Shown here in pieces: positions 37,401 to 49,605 of a DNA stretch of 64,000 nucleotides (its first letter is position 1; each line of letters begins with the position of its first letter). The notes under the pieces are model-generated. The model was given only the letters and a program-made list of their open reading frames with translations, was not told the origin of the DNA and ran no database searches. Made by a program: the position numbers and the translations under genes. Source of the stretch: Orbicella franksi (lineage: Eukaryota); the NCBI GenBank assembly GCA_964199315.1, contig OZ116698.1, positions 7,564,001-7,628,000 on the forward strand, in the 5' to 3' direction.

Positions 37401-40400
37401 TACGTTCTCTGTATTGCACACCTCCTCCACATGTTCTACTGCAGTCGGAATACTTATCGGACCATTTGGACCAGCCACCGTCTACGGTGTCAGGTCCTTC
37501 AGTGCCCAGAGGTATGCACTGACCCCTTCTACACCACTGCAACACGGAATCGTTTTGTAAAAAGTAAGTAACAGTTCAAAGTAGCTGTATTAGTATTGTA
37601 AGTTGTGCGAGGTAAAGGTATTAGTAATGTTAGTAGTGTAAAGTAACGGTATTAGTATTAGTATTAGTATTAGTAGTGTAAAGTAGCTGTATCAGCATAG
37701 AAAAAAAAGTGTAAAGTAGCTGTATTAGTATTGTAAGTAGTGTAAAGTAGTTGTGTTGTATTGTAAGTTATGTAAATAGCTTTATTAGTATTGTAACTAA
37801 GTGTGTGGCATAAACAATAAAAGTTTATTATTAAAAAAAAAAGAAAAGAAAAAACCATCAAGGTGAAGGAACGTTATTAGGTTATCATTCAGGAGCGGAT
37901 GATAACGCTGAGATTTCTTTGCAACTATTTTTAGTACTTAAGGCTGCCAGCGATGATACGTTTTAATGAATCCCACTGTTCCATCTTCATTAAATAAACC
38001 AGGTTTCTCTTGCAGTAGCCCAAACCAAGAACAGAATTCCCCCAAGTTATCCGTCTTACAACAAAATGTGATACATTTACATTTCTTTCTTGCTACAAAA
38101 TATATTCCAGTTACCATTACAGGACCTAAGTTCCTGTCTTTTCTAAAAAACCGTTTCGAATGGTCGAATAACGCGTTAACAGTTACCTTGCTATCTCCAC
38201 ACGGAGTGCCGTCAGCTGCAGGTATCTCAGCCGTCTTGCAGTTTCCACTTCCCCCAGGCACCTCACACCAGAGCTTCACGCAGATTTGCTGTAAATGCAC
38301 ACGATGGGAAAGTTATAACTACAACAAAACTTATCCTTAAGGCCTGTCCAAACGGTAAATGTTTGGTGACCAAATATTATCAAACATTGTTTGGTGACCA
38401 AACATGCTGATGTTGAAGTGAGTGGCCAAACGGTTAAAACATGTTTGATCAAACACAGATGAAACTATGGATGCAAGCCGCTGAGCAAGCGTGGGACGCA
38501 TGCGCTCGCCAAACATGTTTGATACGGCTGTCCAAACGAACAAAACATCGCCCATCAAACACGAGAATAAAAGAAATGTTTTAAGTTGTTTGATCGAATG
38601 TTTGATGGCCTTCAAATTTTATCAAGCACGATCAAACAGCACCAAACAAGGTTGCCAAACGGTAAAATGTTTGGTCACCAAACAATGTTTGATGTTGTTT
38701 GGTCGCCAAACATTTCCCGTTTGGATAGGCCTTTACTGGTTATTTCGTGTTTTTTCTTGAAAAATAATCTAAGAATAATCTTTCAATTCATCTCTGGTGT
38801 AATTTTTGCTGAGACTATAAAATAAAAAAGATCGATACAAACCACCTCAGATATAAGAAATATTACACGAAGTAAGTTCTGTCTAATAGTCTTAGTATTC
38901 AGTGAGGTATCATTGCCCCAGTTATCATTAGCTGATTAGTTCTGGTACCTACTCTCAAGAACTTGGTGTAGCTTTTTGAAAATGAACACTCACGTCCATA
39001 AACTTTTGTCCTCCACAGAACTTAGCAGCCTGTCCGTAAGCCAGCTGACACTGTTCATGGGCGTCATACAGTCTACCGGGCTTGTCCAGAGTCCTGATTT
39101 CTATCACATTCGTTTTGGTTGGGTTATCATCCAAGCAGCGAGAATCCTCTGAGCTAAGTGATACAGTAGTGCTCTATTATTTTGTAGTCTATTTACATGT
39201 CTGGTTGTTTTACAGCTGTATATGAAAAGTTATGTCTGTGAGCTACATTTAGTGAGTAGCCAGCTGAAGTTTTCAAGTTTTCTTCTTTCAGCCATTGATA
39301 ACCAAATTAGAGATACGTGCAGCTATATATTAGCTGCCAAGAACCTCGAGTCATAAATATATTCGTTACATTATTCCACGTATCCGTCCGATTTATATTC
39401 ATCAGGGTCGGCCACGCTTTTTGATATACGGTATACAGGGGGATTTTAAATCAAGTAAACGGTATTTTGATGCTAAAATCGGGCCTTTTATGGGTATAAA
39501 GAATACCATGTTTTTTTCAAATTTTGGTATTTCGCATGAATTTGAGAGGACATTTTTTGGTATAATGGGTTTTAATTTTCAGGTATACTGGTATACCACT
39601 CTCTCCCCCCCCCCCCCCCCTCCCCACTGGCCGACCCTGATTCATGGATAATTGTTACGTGGAATCAACTACTGCACAAAATAGCCAGCTAGAGACGTTG
39701 AAAATAAACTGTATTATTTTACAATTTAGCATGCAAAACTATTCAATTTTAACGAGACGTAAATGATGGAAACATTGGCAAAACTCTGTTTTGTGGACAT
39801 TTGACAGTCGGGAAGTTCATGGAATGGTTAGGAATCTTGTTGAAACTAAGTATTTATGAAATAAGCAATTATTATTTTGCCTTAGTACGTACTTTAAGAA
39901 TTGTTGCAAGTAGTTCTTACTGCAAGCTGACCACTGGAAAGCTGACTGCTTCCCTGCCGGGTAAGATGCCATGATGTTCACACCATCAGGACACGCACCT
40001 CTGTCGTGGTTCATTCCAAGACTGAGAATAGCAACAGCAAAAAGTTATTACAATGTACTTGCTGATATATTGAAACTGAAAGACTTGGTATAATACACTT
40101 AAACGCTAAAAAAACATCAAAAAAGATGTCTGATCATAGCTCACCTGTGTCCTGTGTCATGTGCGAGAGTCATTCCAAGCATCAAACCGTTGTCTTGACC
40201 AACACTAGCAGAATTGGGGAAGCTGCACATTCCACGCGTTCTCGTAAGACCTGTTGGAAATTTAGCATTAATAGAGTGTTTTTAAAACATTCTAATTTCC
40301 TATTTTTATCAACATTGAAGGTCGCCTTGTACTCTTAGAACAATGTCCAGCAGACTAGTAACGAGATCCATTAATGAAGAGATATTTATCGCCCATATTC

Positions 40401-43400
40401 CCTGACACAAAAAGAAAAGGCCTGTCAGTCAGTTGGGAGAAACAATATTTTGTGCTCGGCACAATTAATTTGCTGCAGGTAACTTGTCGTACGGGACATA
40501 GCAATAATACGGTAAGAACTGTGGAGAAATGAGAATACCTAATGTCTCGCAAGGTTGGTTCTTGTCTTTACAAATATTATATCTGAAAAAAAAAAACAAT
40601 AATCAGTATACAATAATCATATTTTTGTAAAGAGATACAAAGAAAAAAAGCAGAGATAATGAGGATATCATAGGCTACGCAGTAAGCCGGCACATTTCAT
40701 ATAAGTAGCTTCTGTTAAAAACAAGGATTAAAAAGGAGTCTCGACAAAACTTATATTAACAGTCAGGAACTATTATTGGGTGAAAGTTTATATGAGTGGG
40801 TGCTTTTTTATTGAACGACTGTTTTACCTCGTAAATAAAGTGGCATAATCGTAGTGATTTTCATCGTTGTCCAAAGGATTGTTATTCCGCTCCGCCCATC
40901 TGCCAAAGCTTTCCAGTGTATTGCTTGCGTGGTGGTTAACAACAAGTCCTGACTAATGAATAAAAATACTGAAAATTAGACTGACAGCTGGAACTAATAC
41001 TTTGCTGTCACAAATACTAAAATCAGAACACCCCCTTTAATAACGTGACGTTTGGTTTAAAAACTGGCAAAGGAAATATGGGGTAAGTGTGCATTGAAGA
41101 AACGGCATCAAACAGTAGTTCTCGTTATTCTTTTGGATCAAATATTATTTATTTATGAAGAAGAAAGAACCAACTTGAAATCACTGTTCCTTGGGTCCAC
41201 TCATATTTTATGAGATTGATAAGCCTTAAAAAATCAAAATCGTTGTTGCCCTGATGCCAGATGAATTTACAAGTTAACAACGACCTTCAATATCAATGGA
41301 TACAAGTACTTCTGCAATGTTCCAATTAAATTTGCCAGATGAGTTGGTCTCATCTCGTGGCATTCCCCAAACATTTAACTTAGAATTAGCATTTCAACAT
41401 ATAATATAGTTATTTTACCTGCGGAGTTGTTAGAATCTGCATTCTACTAACTACAAAATTCACTTGATTCTGGCCAATGCTTCCATCTCGCAGAAGGTTT
41501 GAGGCCTAAACAATAAAGATGAAGATGAATTGTTGACACAGTGATGAACAGGAATATACCCTGTCGAAACCCTGGTTTTATCCAAATGGTGAAATAGATG
41601 AACGAATAAAACACAGCAACGGCAACATCAAAGATTTGGAGAAAAACATGCTCTTCACTTATCAACCAAGCGAGTTGGAAAAACTAAATTAAAGAGAATG
41701 TTACACTCTTCCACTTATGTACAGCGATTTGATTTTGGTACTGACTATCAAATGTTGAAAGTTGGCTTGGGTGAAATGTTGAAAATTTGTCAATTTTATG
41801 GATGATTTCCAAGGGATATTTTGTACTAGATTTTGTATAAAGATTTTAGAGAAATTTGATGTACGATTGCTTTGTAGAAAGCTAAAATAATATCATAGAA
41901 AATCAGATAAATCGACTTAAATCATGATTCTTTCTAACTCAAGTCAAATGATCCACATATGGTCAACACCTATCCTAGCTAATTCATGTACTCCTTATCT
42001 TGCCTGCGGCACTCATTTTTAAACATAGATTCAATCATAGTATCAAGTTCCTTGCCCAAGAACATGATACGTGGATTATGATCAGGCCCATTTCGAGGCC
42101 TTAATGAGGCATGGTGGCCTCATGGTTAGTGCGCTCGTCTCCAGATCGAGCAGTCTGGGTCCGAGCCCTGGCTGGGGACATTGTGTTGTGTTCTTGGACA
42201 AGACACTTTACTCTCACGGTGCTTCTCTCCAGCCAGGTGTATAAATGGGTACCGGCGAACTTAATGCTGGGGGTAATCCTGCGATGGAATAGTATCCCAT
42301 CCAGGGGGAAGTAGAAACACTCCTAGTCGCTCCATGCTACAGAAACCGCGATAAGCTCCTGATGAGCCTGGCTCGTAGCAGTCTTAGCCTTCTACCCATT
42401 CCCAGGCCTCTGCAAGTATGAGCTGGCTCACTTACCTAGGAGATTTCAAATCTAAGTCTTGAGGCATGCTTTATTTTTCGTTCATTAATTTGTTAAATAC
42501 TATAGAGTTGTATTGTACAGTTTGGAATTGTATTTGTTACTTACAATATTGCATGCGGACAGCGCGTATTGCTTCACGGCGTCTTCTCCGTGGAAATTCG
42601 TCATCTTTGGATCAACCACAACCAAGGTCTCTATGTATTTCTCTTCTCCAGGCCCAGCTGGTCCGTACCTTTGCGAGGGTTGCGTATCATTCAACGAACG
42701 TATTAGGCGAATTTTTGGGTCATCTGTGCAAACGAATTATATATATACACTTATGCATCAAACAACCATTTGGGGACAGTGTGTAAAGAGATGCATGAAT
42801 ATTCATAAAATTGAACGTCTATAATTTACTTGCCAAGAAGAATAATAAAGCAGACACAGATACAACATGTGTACCATATTTCGGCCAGCCAAGCCAGCCT
42901 TCGAAACTGAAAACTGAAAACCGTTCGAGCCAAAGCTATTTGAAAAGAAATGATCGTTACAAAAAAAGTGTTACCTTCGGTTCCACAAGCATGTACTTCC
43001 CTCTTTTCTCTAGCGGCATTAAGGGCTTGTCTTTTATCAAGGTTAGCAGCTCTTCTATAAATTATATGAGGTTTACTTCTACCATTAGTAGTTACTTTGT
43101 CATGCAAGTGAGTCGGAAGTGGTTCCAGGAAATAGGCTTCGTCCTCTGTGTGAATTAACCCAGTCTAAAGCAAAAAGAGAACGTGAAAAGACATCAGAAA
43201 TGCGTAATTGTAGGACTCGACCGCGTTAGTTTGATTGAGCTGTTTGTGGCGTTTCCCGTGAGGCCAAAAATTGCGGTTTGAATTGCCGTACACTTCCAGA
43301 GCGAATGGAACAACATTTTCCGGAGAAAAGCAGAAAACCTCGCGCATTATACCCAAACTTTCGAAAGTGTCTCACCGAGAATTTTCTGTTCCAGTTTATT

Positions 43401-45988
43401 TTAATCCCCCTGGAATTTGCAAACATTTCGGTTACCTGGATTGCAGTTTGAAAATTCAATAATTTTTTTGATTTTTCAGAAACTTTCTCAGGAAATCTCC
43501 CTACCATAAACCCTCGTTTCTAGAGTCCCGGAGTTTGTGGTCGAAGGGACAAGGCGCCCTTGAACACTTGGCTTACACTGGAACGCTTTTCGATCCTCGT
43601 TGCTGACTTCATTTGAGCCTTTTGATTGGTTGATGGTCTCCACTATAAAGCTTATCCAATTCAAAAACGGTTGGAAGCGTTTTGGCAGTTCAACTAAACC
43701 ACATGGACAGTTATCTATACTTAGTGAAAGTTGAGACGGTTTACATTCAGATATGACGTGAATGATTGTCCAATGCAAATAGCAACAAAACTGAACTCTG
43801 AAATCCCTTGTTTGCGTAGTATTGTGCACTATGCTACTAACTGAGAACACAATGACTAAGATTGCCGAATGCCAAAAAAAGTTACACAAGTCAACTTATT
43901 AAATTAGCGTAGTCGAGGAGTTGAACTTGGTGAAGCTGCGCTACAAATCAAGCAGCGACTAGATTAAGAGATAGAGCGGGTGACGAAAACTAGGTCGTTG
44001 TTCTCCTCCTTTATTGACCAAATACTCAGTCTTGCCGTGTCCTTAATTGTACATACAGACCTAACAGTTACTTCCAAGGGGAAGAAATGCATAGACGAGA
44101 AGTGGTAGTTGCTGCGTGCACTTACCAGTCCATGACAATTGCTCATTGCTACTGTTGATCTTGATCTAGCTTTCACTCTTCCGACGTAGTGGCAATTTTC
44201 CATGGTATGCCGTTTTAAAACTCTTCCATGTTTTCCTAAAACCTCCACTTTGAACGCAGGTGCTAATAGTCTCCTGTTTCGTTTCAAATGGAGATGAAGA
44301 TCATTTCCAAAAGCTGACACCTTAAAATGCACTTCTTCGTTGTGATCTACCTCCTCTGAAAAGCGGCGAATACGTATTCTCGGATACGATAGTTCGTGAG
44401 AGACGATGCTGCCTTCCTCGTCCACTTGAATTGGATGCACAACGTTGTACTCAGGTACTAAAGGTGATTAAAGATAGAAACACGTAATAAGGTTCAGATA
44501 TTAAATTATTTTACCCCCTTTACTTATAATGATGCCAGATTGGAAAGACTATTGGGATAGGACAATCTGCAACTAGGGAGCTCGAACCCAATTTCTAACT
44601 TAAGAAATGAGTTGAAAAAATTTGTTTGAACTTATTAAAGCGATAATTGTTATATAATATTAAGTCCTATGTAATCAGGATTTGTCCAAAAGAACTCAGG
44701 GGCCGGGCAGTGGATAAGCAGTAAACATTTCAATGTCCGTTGATATAGGTATGTTCCTTATATAGCATGCAGGGTCCAGTGCCAAGATTTACAGGGTAAG
44801 GGAATCTGAACAGGGTCTTGATTCCTCTGGGCTCTATTTCCAGCTGTTTAAGAAGATCAGAACGAACGCAATCATGCAGATGGGGTAAGAAAGGCGGGTT
44901 GGCAAAACGACAGGAAATGGGTTCTAGGTCTCATCAAGCACGTAGTTGTCTTGATCCCCAGTTATTTTAAAATTCCAAGCCACGTGAGATATGTTTCCCC
45001 AGGCTTTCATCTTTGTCGTTCGCTTCTGTTTGCACTATTAAAGTGCTTGGGTGTGTTAATGCAAAGTTATCGGCCAAGTTTAACTTCCATTTTTATGTCG
45101 TTCGCAAACAAAGATAACCGTCGAGCTCCAACTTACCCAGTATGTGGCCTCACCCTTTTGAAATCACAGTGTGATATAATTAACTTTTAAAACTTGTGAA
45201 ATGGTAAACAGGTAAAAGGAACATTACCGTCGTTATGGGAATCTATTCCAAACAAGCGGGAGAGATCTCTGGTTGTCATATGTCTATGGATGCCGTGGGA
45301 ATAAGGCTGCATCAAAAAGTGAAAAACAAATACAGCCATTAGTGTTATCGTTACGAATGTTTATGTTCCTAACCGTTTTAATCTTAACTGGACACCGAAA
45401 CACCGATCGCATCACTGAAACACCGAAACAGGACGAGGCCCTACCATGTCACTTTGTCTCACCATATAGTTGCTATGGCAGTCGTGGACAGTGGCTGTAC
45501 AAGCGAACTTTTATCCATAATTGGCAAGTTAAATGAAACAATGCAAAATCACGGCCTACGGTCAATGTCCATTCCACTCACTGGGAGCAAAAGCTCTAGC
45601 CTGATTACTTTCGTCAAGAGCGCCGTGTAAATTGAAGGTTAGCAATAACGCCACATTGGTTCCACTTAAACACGTTTTGTTTTTTCCTGAGCCTCGACCA
45701 TGTTTCTCCACTACCGTGTTATTATCAAGTCACCGTAGGCATGTAATAATGCATGGTAGTTTACTCAACAAATTAGTTACTAGAATAATTTCGTGAACAC
45801 ACCAAACATGAGGAATTGATTTGCCGTTCGACATAACTTTCACATACAAACCGGTCTATCTATTGATGGTAATCATGAACAAACTCTCATGTACTTACAT
45901 GCGTTTTCTTCAGTTCACCAATGGATAATGAACATAAGCACAGAACCAGTTTAAAGATCTTGAAACATCTTTCTCCCCCACCATCCAT
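22014..45988 (-). CDS. ADAMTS-family metalloprotease-like protein, about 1521 aa: signal, prodomain, M12B catalytic, disintegrin-like, TSR, Cys-rich, short non-spacer linker, 3 TSR, 2 CUB, acidic Ser/Thr/Gly linker, WAP, WAP-like
   Basis: 34 GT-AG exons with consistent phases, 4566 nt total, no in-frame stop before 22014. The core through CUB2 is well supported by family motifs; linker exons and the join to the WAP exons are less certain. Confidence 0.85.
22673..22816 (-). CDS. WAP (four-disulfide core) domain exon
   Basis: [48 protein letters not shown]: 8 Cys in WAP spacing; ttgcag acceptor, G|GTAAGG donor. Confidence 0.85.
23350..29611 (-). CDS. Low-complexity linker exons, all phase 1-1: 29522-29611, 29280-29366, 28226-28276, 28056-28163, 26891-27034, 26599-26649, 23925-23981, 23350-23427 (possible extras 26243-26276 plus 25153-25199)
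   Basis: Pyrimidine-rich AG acceptors and G|GT donors, lengths multiples of 3, open frames rich in S/T/E/D/G with N-glycosylation sequons; no domain homology to confirm them. Confidence 0.6.
29954..32336 (-). CDS. Two CUB domains: exons 32198-32336, 31049-31293, 30540-30696, 29954-30141
   Basis: [31 protein letters not shown]; [37 protein letters not shown]. Confidence 0.92.
31494..31995 (-). mobile_element. 5'-truncated non-LTR retrotransposon with restriction-like endonuclease (R4/Dong-like) in an ADAMTS intron
   Basis: [39 protein letters not shown] matches the RLE PD-(D/E)xK region; flanked by (TAA)n at 31424-31493 and 31996-32022. Confidence 0.85.
32683..33243. mobile_element. Non-autonomous hAT-like element
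   Basis: TAGGGGTTGCCAC../..TGGCGAGCCCTA termini; 8-bp TSD ggcacaac/ggcacaaa; internal aaagttgc repeats. Confidence 0.75.
33482..34566 (-). CDS. TSR repeat exons 34437-34566, 33959-34163, 33482-33644
   Basis: [15 protein letters not shown]; [15 protein letters not shown]; [16 protein letters not shown]. Confidence 0.93.
34833..39153 (-). CDS. Disintegrin-like, TSR1 and Cys-rich exons 38994-39153, 38187-38288, 37385-37536, 36639-36702, 36209-36317, 35422-35546, 34833-35145
   Basis: [74 protein letters not shown]. Confidence 0.95.
36706..37020 (-). mobile_element. tRNA-derived SINE with (ATATTC)n tail abutting an ADAMTS splice acceptor
   Basis: A-box GGTGGCCTCATGG, B-box GGTTCGAGCCC; similar to the + copy at 42106-42392. 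Confidence 0.85.
37575..37800 (+). repeat. Intronic minisatellite with unit about gtaaagtagctgtattagtatt
   Basis: Degenerate tandem copies seen directly. Confidence 0.8.
38341..38731. mobile_element. MITE (PIF/Harbinger-like termini)
   Basis: GGCCTGTCCAAACG ... CGTTTGGATAGGCC with internal ccaaaca/tgtttg repeats, in a TAA/TTA context. Confidence 0.8.
39403..39639. mobile_element. Short TIR element with 6-bp TSD
   Basis: attcat|CAGGGTCGGCCA ... TGGCCGACCCTG|attcat. Confidence 0.8.
39893..42723 (-). CDS. ADAMTS catalytic-domain exons 42545-42723, 41419-41505, 40828-40952, 40539-40582, 40145-40250, 39893-40021
   Basis: [50 protein letters not shown], Met-turn NIMAS, WSACS. Confidence 0.95.
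42106..42392 (+). mobile_element. tRNA-derived SINE, same family as 36706-37020
   Basis: gaggcatggtggcctcatggttagtgcgctcg..gggtccgagccctgg; body matches the minus-strand copy. Confidence 0.85.
42975..45306 (-). CDS. ADAMTS prodomain exons 45228-45306, 44126-44457, 42975-43164
   Basis: [53 protein letters not shown]|[20 protein letters not shown] (furin site) EVHACGT (Cys-switch-like). Confidence 0.92.
43245..43560. mobile_element. Degenerate MITE-like repeat in an ADAMTS intron
   Basis: ggcgtttcc.. / ..aaggcgcc ends, internal gaatggaa/ggaaat motifs. Confidence 0.45.
45899..45988 (-). CDS. ADAMTS exon 1, signal peptide
   Basis: [30 protein letters not shown]|GTAAGT. Confidence 0.8.
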
Positions 45989-48304
45989 AGCGGCACAAGT
46001 GTAAACGACGTTTCTTCTTCTAATCAATAAAATCGACAAAAAGACAGAATATTAGTCGATACGTCTGTCGATTTGAAAAATATGGAGATAATATTTACTA
46101 ATCAAAACTTCACTGCCCAATAATTAAAAGATTTCAATACCTTACACCCTCATCCTAGCAACATTTCATATTCGTGCGAAGCACTCTCCCCAGTCAGTTA
46201 TTTTGAAATCGTATAAAATACTCTATTTCCAATAATTTATCGGTTTCCCTATATTATTGTGGCGACTTGAAAATTAAATTAAGTTAACACTCGAATCGTG
46301 ACCCTCGACAAAGATATGTTAAACACACACAGAGAAACAAATCCAAACAAATCGATCGGAAAATAACAGCAGGCTAAACGCTCTGATTCGCCCGAGTGAT
46401 TTAAGGCGTTTATTTGGCGTGACAGCCGTGGTACAAGCTTACCTCCGAGTGGCTTGGTGCTAGCTAAATCACCTTTTTATCCCTGCAGGATTAAAACTTT
46501 GAAAAACTTCTTGTATTCTTGTATTAAAATGCCGCGATATTTTCATAGCTTGGCATGGTTTTCAGTTTGTTATTTTTTCCTATCCCTATGTTTCTAAACT
46601 GGTAGTTTTTCGTGGTTATGACACATTGACCTGTTACGGCGAATACGATTGGTGGAATTTTATTAGTTTGCTGGTGGCATCACAGCAAAAGATGAAGCCT
46701 TATCAAAAATTTAAACTAAGGCCATGATCTTCCGTAGCGTTCAAACGCCTTGCAGTAAAAACCAACGAAATGAATCTACATTGGTAGAGTAACAAAAAAT
46801 GTTTTCCTCAGAAGCTAATTTATTTTTATTGGTATTTCGGTTTGAGGCTTAAGCCTAGACAACGAAAAACATTTTCGGAGTAAAAAAAATGGCTCAAACC
46901 CCTAATTTGAAATTCTTATATCATATCATTTCTATGTTGATAACCGTCATTTTACTCGATTCGGTGGAGTCTAAAACTCTTTTTATTCTTTTCTTCATAT
47001 GATGTGGATGGTTATCATGATTTCGGTGATGTTCATTCAGAACATTTCTTCGTTATAATTCAGTAACCGAGATTTTACAGATGATAGAAAATCTATGCAA
47101 AACATTTTTTTTTTACATTTAATTCACTGCAGCAAGCTTGAGATTGGCAATGCACCATAGATGTTTAGGGGGAAATTTAGTTACTACCGCAAAATGTGAT
47201 TCGGCCTGTGAAAACACTTAGCTTCTCAGTGTTGAAAAGCAATTCACCTTATTAGCACTGAGGTGCTAATCTTTGCAACTCATTCGTTTTCCATTTAAAC
47301 TAACAAATTAGTACTAATTCAAATATTTAGAATAATATTAACGGTGATTAGATTTACAAGTTCTGGATTTTGCAAGCCTTATGCAAGTAGACTACAAATG
47401 ATGAAAAACAACCGTAAATCCGATTCCGGGGGGAAAGAGGCCAAAACCACTGTACAAGGCACACAAAATGACCTCATGTATCCAATGTGTACTGGATCCT
47501 CTATTCTTGTCTGATGTTTGAAAATTATTAATCATGATTTCCGTAAAAATCTGCAAAAAATCGAAGTACATCGCGTTAATAAAGACTTCTCGAGCCTTAG
47601 ACACAGTATTGAGGGAGTAAACTACATCGATAACACACTGAATAAAATTTCGTGAACGGTTATAGAATGAGCTGTTGGAAATAGTAGAGTGTCAGTGTGT
47701 TTATTACTTTTGTGTGCCAAAGGAGGACGTTGTAAGAACGAATGAATGAATAGCCTGTGAACAGGCTTTCTAATCGAGGATGGGGTGAAGAGAAAGCGGG
47801 AAGTAACTAAACTTGATTTTCTATTATGATAATAGTTTCTTGTTATTTAAGTTATATCCATGTGCGAGCTTCGTCGTGACCCTTCTGTTTTCCAAACTCA
47901 TGAGCACCTTGCTCGATCCACCTCGATCGACAGTGACATTTGTCTAAAATCTCTGATTTTACAGTGTGACGCAATTTTGAACTTTATTTGAAGCGCACCT
48001 GGTGGTAACAAGGCCAGAACAGCACCACCATTAGCCGTATGGAGGCAGGCCCGTAGAAACGAGTTTCTAAGTTGAGTAACCTGGCAACGAAATATACATC
48101 AGAACTGGTTGCCATGGTTTTTTGTAACAAAAGTTCCTTTTTGTACTTTACAAACACTTCCATCCTCCAAATGTAATGTCCCAAGTTTAGCTAGGTTTTG
48201 TGTTGATAACGGGAAGGTTATAGAAGAAGATCAAAGCGTCAGTCTGACTTACTCAAACTAAGTATATAGAAAAAAATTTGAATACATTACTTATCGAAAT
48301 CTTG

Positions 48305-49456
48305 AAATCAAAGTACCTCTTCTAGAGCAATCTTTGCGACTGAAGGTAGCAAAGAACTTAGCAGTGCAAAATATTATTTCCTAAACCTTTTGTTTGTAAA
48401 TACGTAGATGAAAGGGTTTATAAAGCTGCAACCAAATATGTATATCGTTTGAATTAGGAATGCAAATGTAGGCATTCTGAGGTGATCATATCGGTAGCGT
48501 CCGAGAATATCGATGAATTGAATGGTTATCACCGGAGCCCAGCAGGCCAGGAACCCCAAGGCTACAATTCCAAGAATTCTGGTAATTTCAGTTTCTTCTA
48601 TCTGAGAGTTATTTCCCTGCTGTAAGTTTGAAGCCACAGTGCGGTTGTGACGGGAGACAAAGCGAAACACTTCGAAATATGCCGAGAAAATTAACACGCC
48701 TAAGATGACAGAACCAGCTATACTGCTGTAGTTCATTGTGTCGCCAACGTCTCTCTCAGGCAGAAAGTCATAACAGTAAGCCACTTTTGAATTATAGATT
48801 CCATGTCCAGAAGAAACGAGGAGAGAAAGTGATTGTACAATAACATTTAAAAGCCATAATATGGCCAATAGCCACGGTCTTCGGCTTTACAAATCGATGG
48901 TGTAACGTACGCTTTACCACGCATAAGTAGCGGATTACTGCTGTACATGTCATTGTAGTTAAGATCACACCCAATAAAACGTGAATAAGGAGCGCATTAA
49001 ATGTACAAGCTTCGGAGGAAAAAAGCCATTTTCCTTTGATCAAGGACACAAACGAAAAGGCATGACCAAGCCGGCCATCAGAACGTCGCTTATCGATAAA
49101 AATAGAATAGCAGATTTGCACGTCGTCATTTGACTACAACTACCAGAATTCCTTTTGTTTTTTTCTTATTATTTAAATTTTGAATTTCCAGTGGGGTTTA
49201 AATAACAATTGCCCTGATTAGCATAAGAAACAGGAAAAGTGAGGGATTCTGGTAGTTGTAGTCAAATGACACCATCATACAAATCGCCTACTGAGATGTT
49301 GGCAGGAGTGCGAAGGCGAGGTTTCCATCAAAATAGTAAACTTGTAAGCAGGTTTCCAAGAAACGTACCCGACAGTAAAATGACCAGAATAACTGCTCCG
49401 ACAAATATCTCCGTCGTTGAACGATGGGACAACGTCACATTTTTAGTAGAATTCAT
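48305..49456 (-). pseudogene. Intronless class A (rhodopsin-like) GPCR pseudogene
   Basis: MNSTKNVT..GNLL, LSISDVLMA..MPF, IRY (DRY position), CWAP, NPFIY. Lesions: TGA at 49328-49330, MITE in TM2, 1-nt deletion near 49055, frameshift near 48870, TAA at 48374-48376. Confidence 0.88.
49108..49290. mobile_element. About 180-bp fold-back MITE inserted in GPCR TM2
   Basis: Inverted arms gtcatttgactacaactaccagaat / attctggtagttgtagtcaaatgac; splits codons NIS|ILFLSISD. Confidence 0.8.
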
Positions 49457-49605
49457 AACAATGGACCGTGACCACTTTAAACTTAAAACTTGATATTGAA
49501 AGTTATAGCAAGCCTGTAACATTGGCAGATGGCGTTCAACCACGTATTATGAGAAGATAACAGGCTAACGTTTAATTAAATTTACTTCCTTCCTTGATTG
49601 TTGAT

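Noticed and set aside
37575-37800. CRISPR-like array
   Set aside because: Eukaryotic minisatellite without unique spacers
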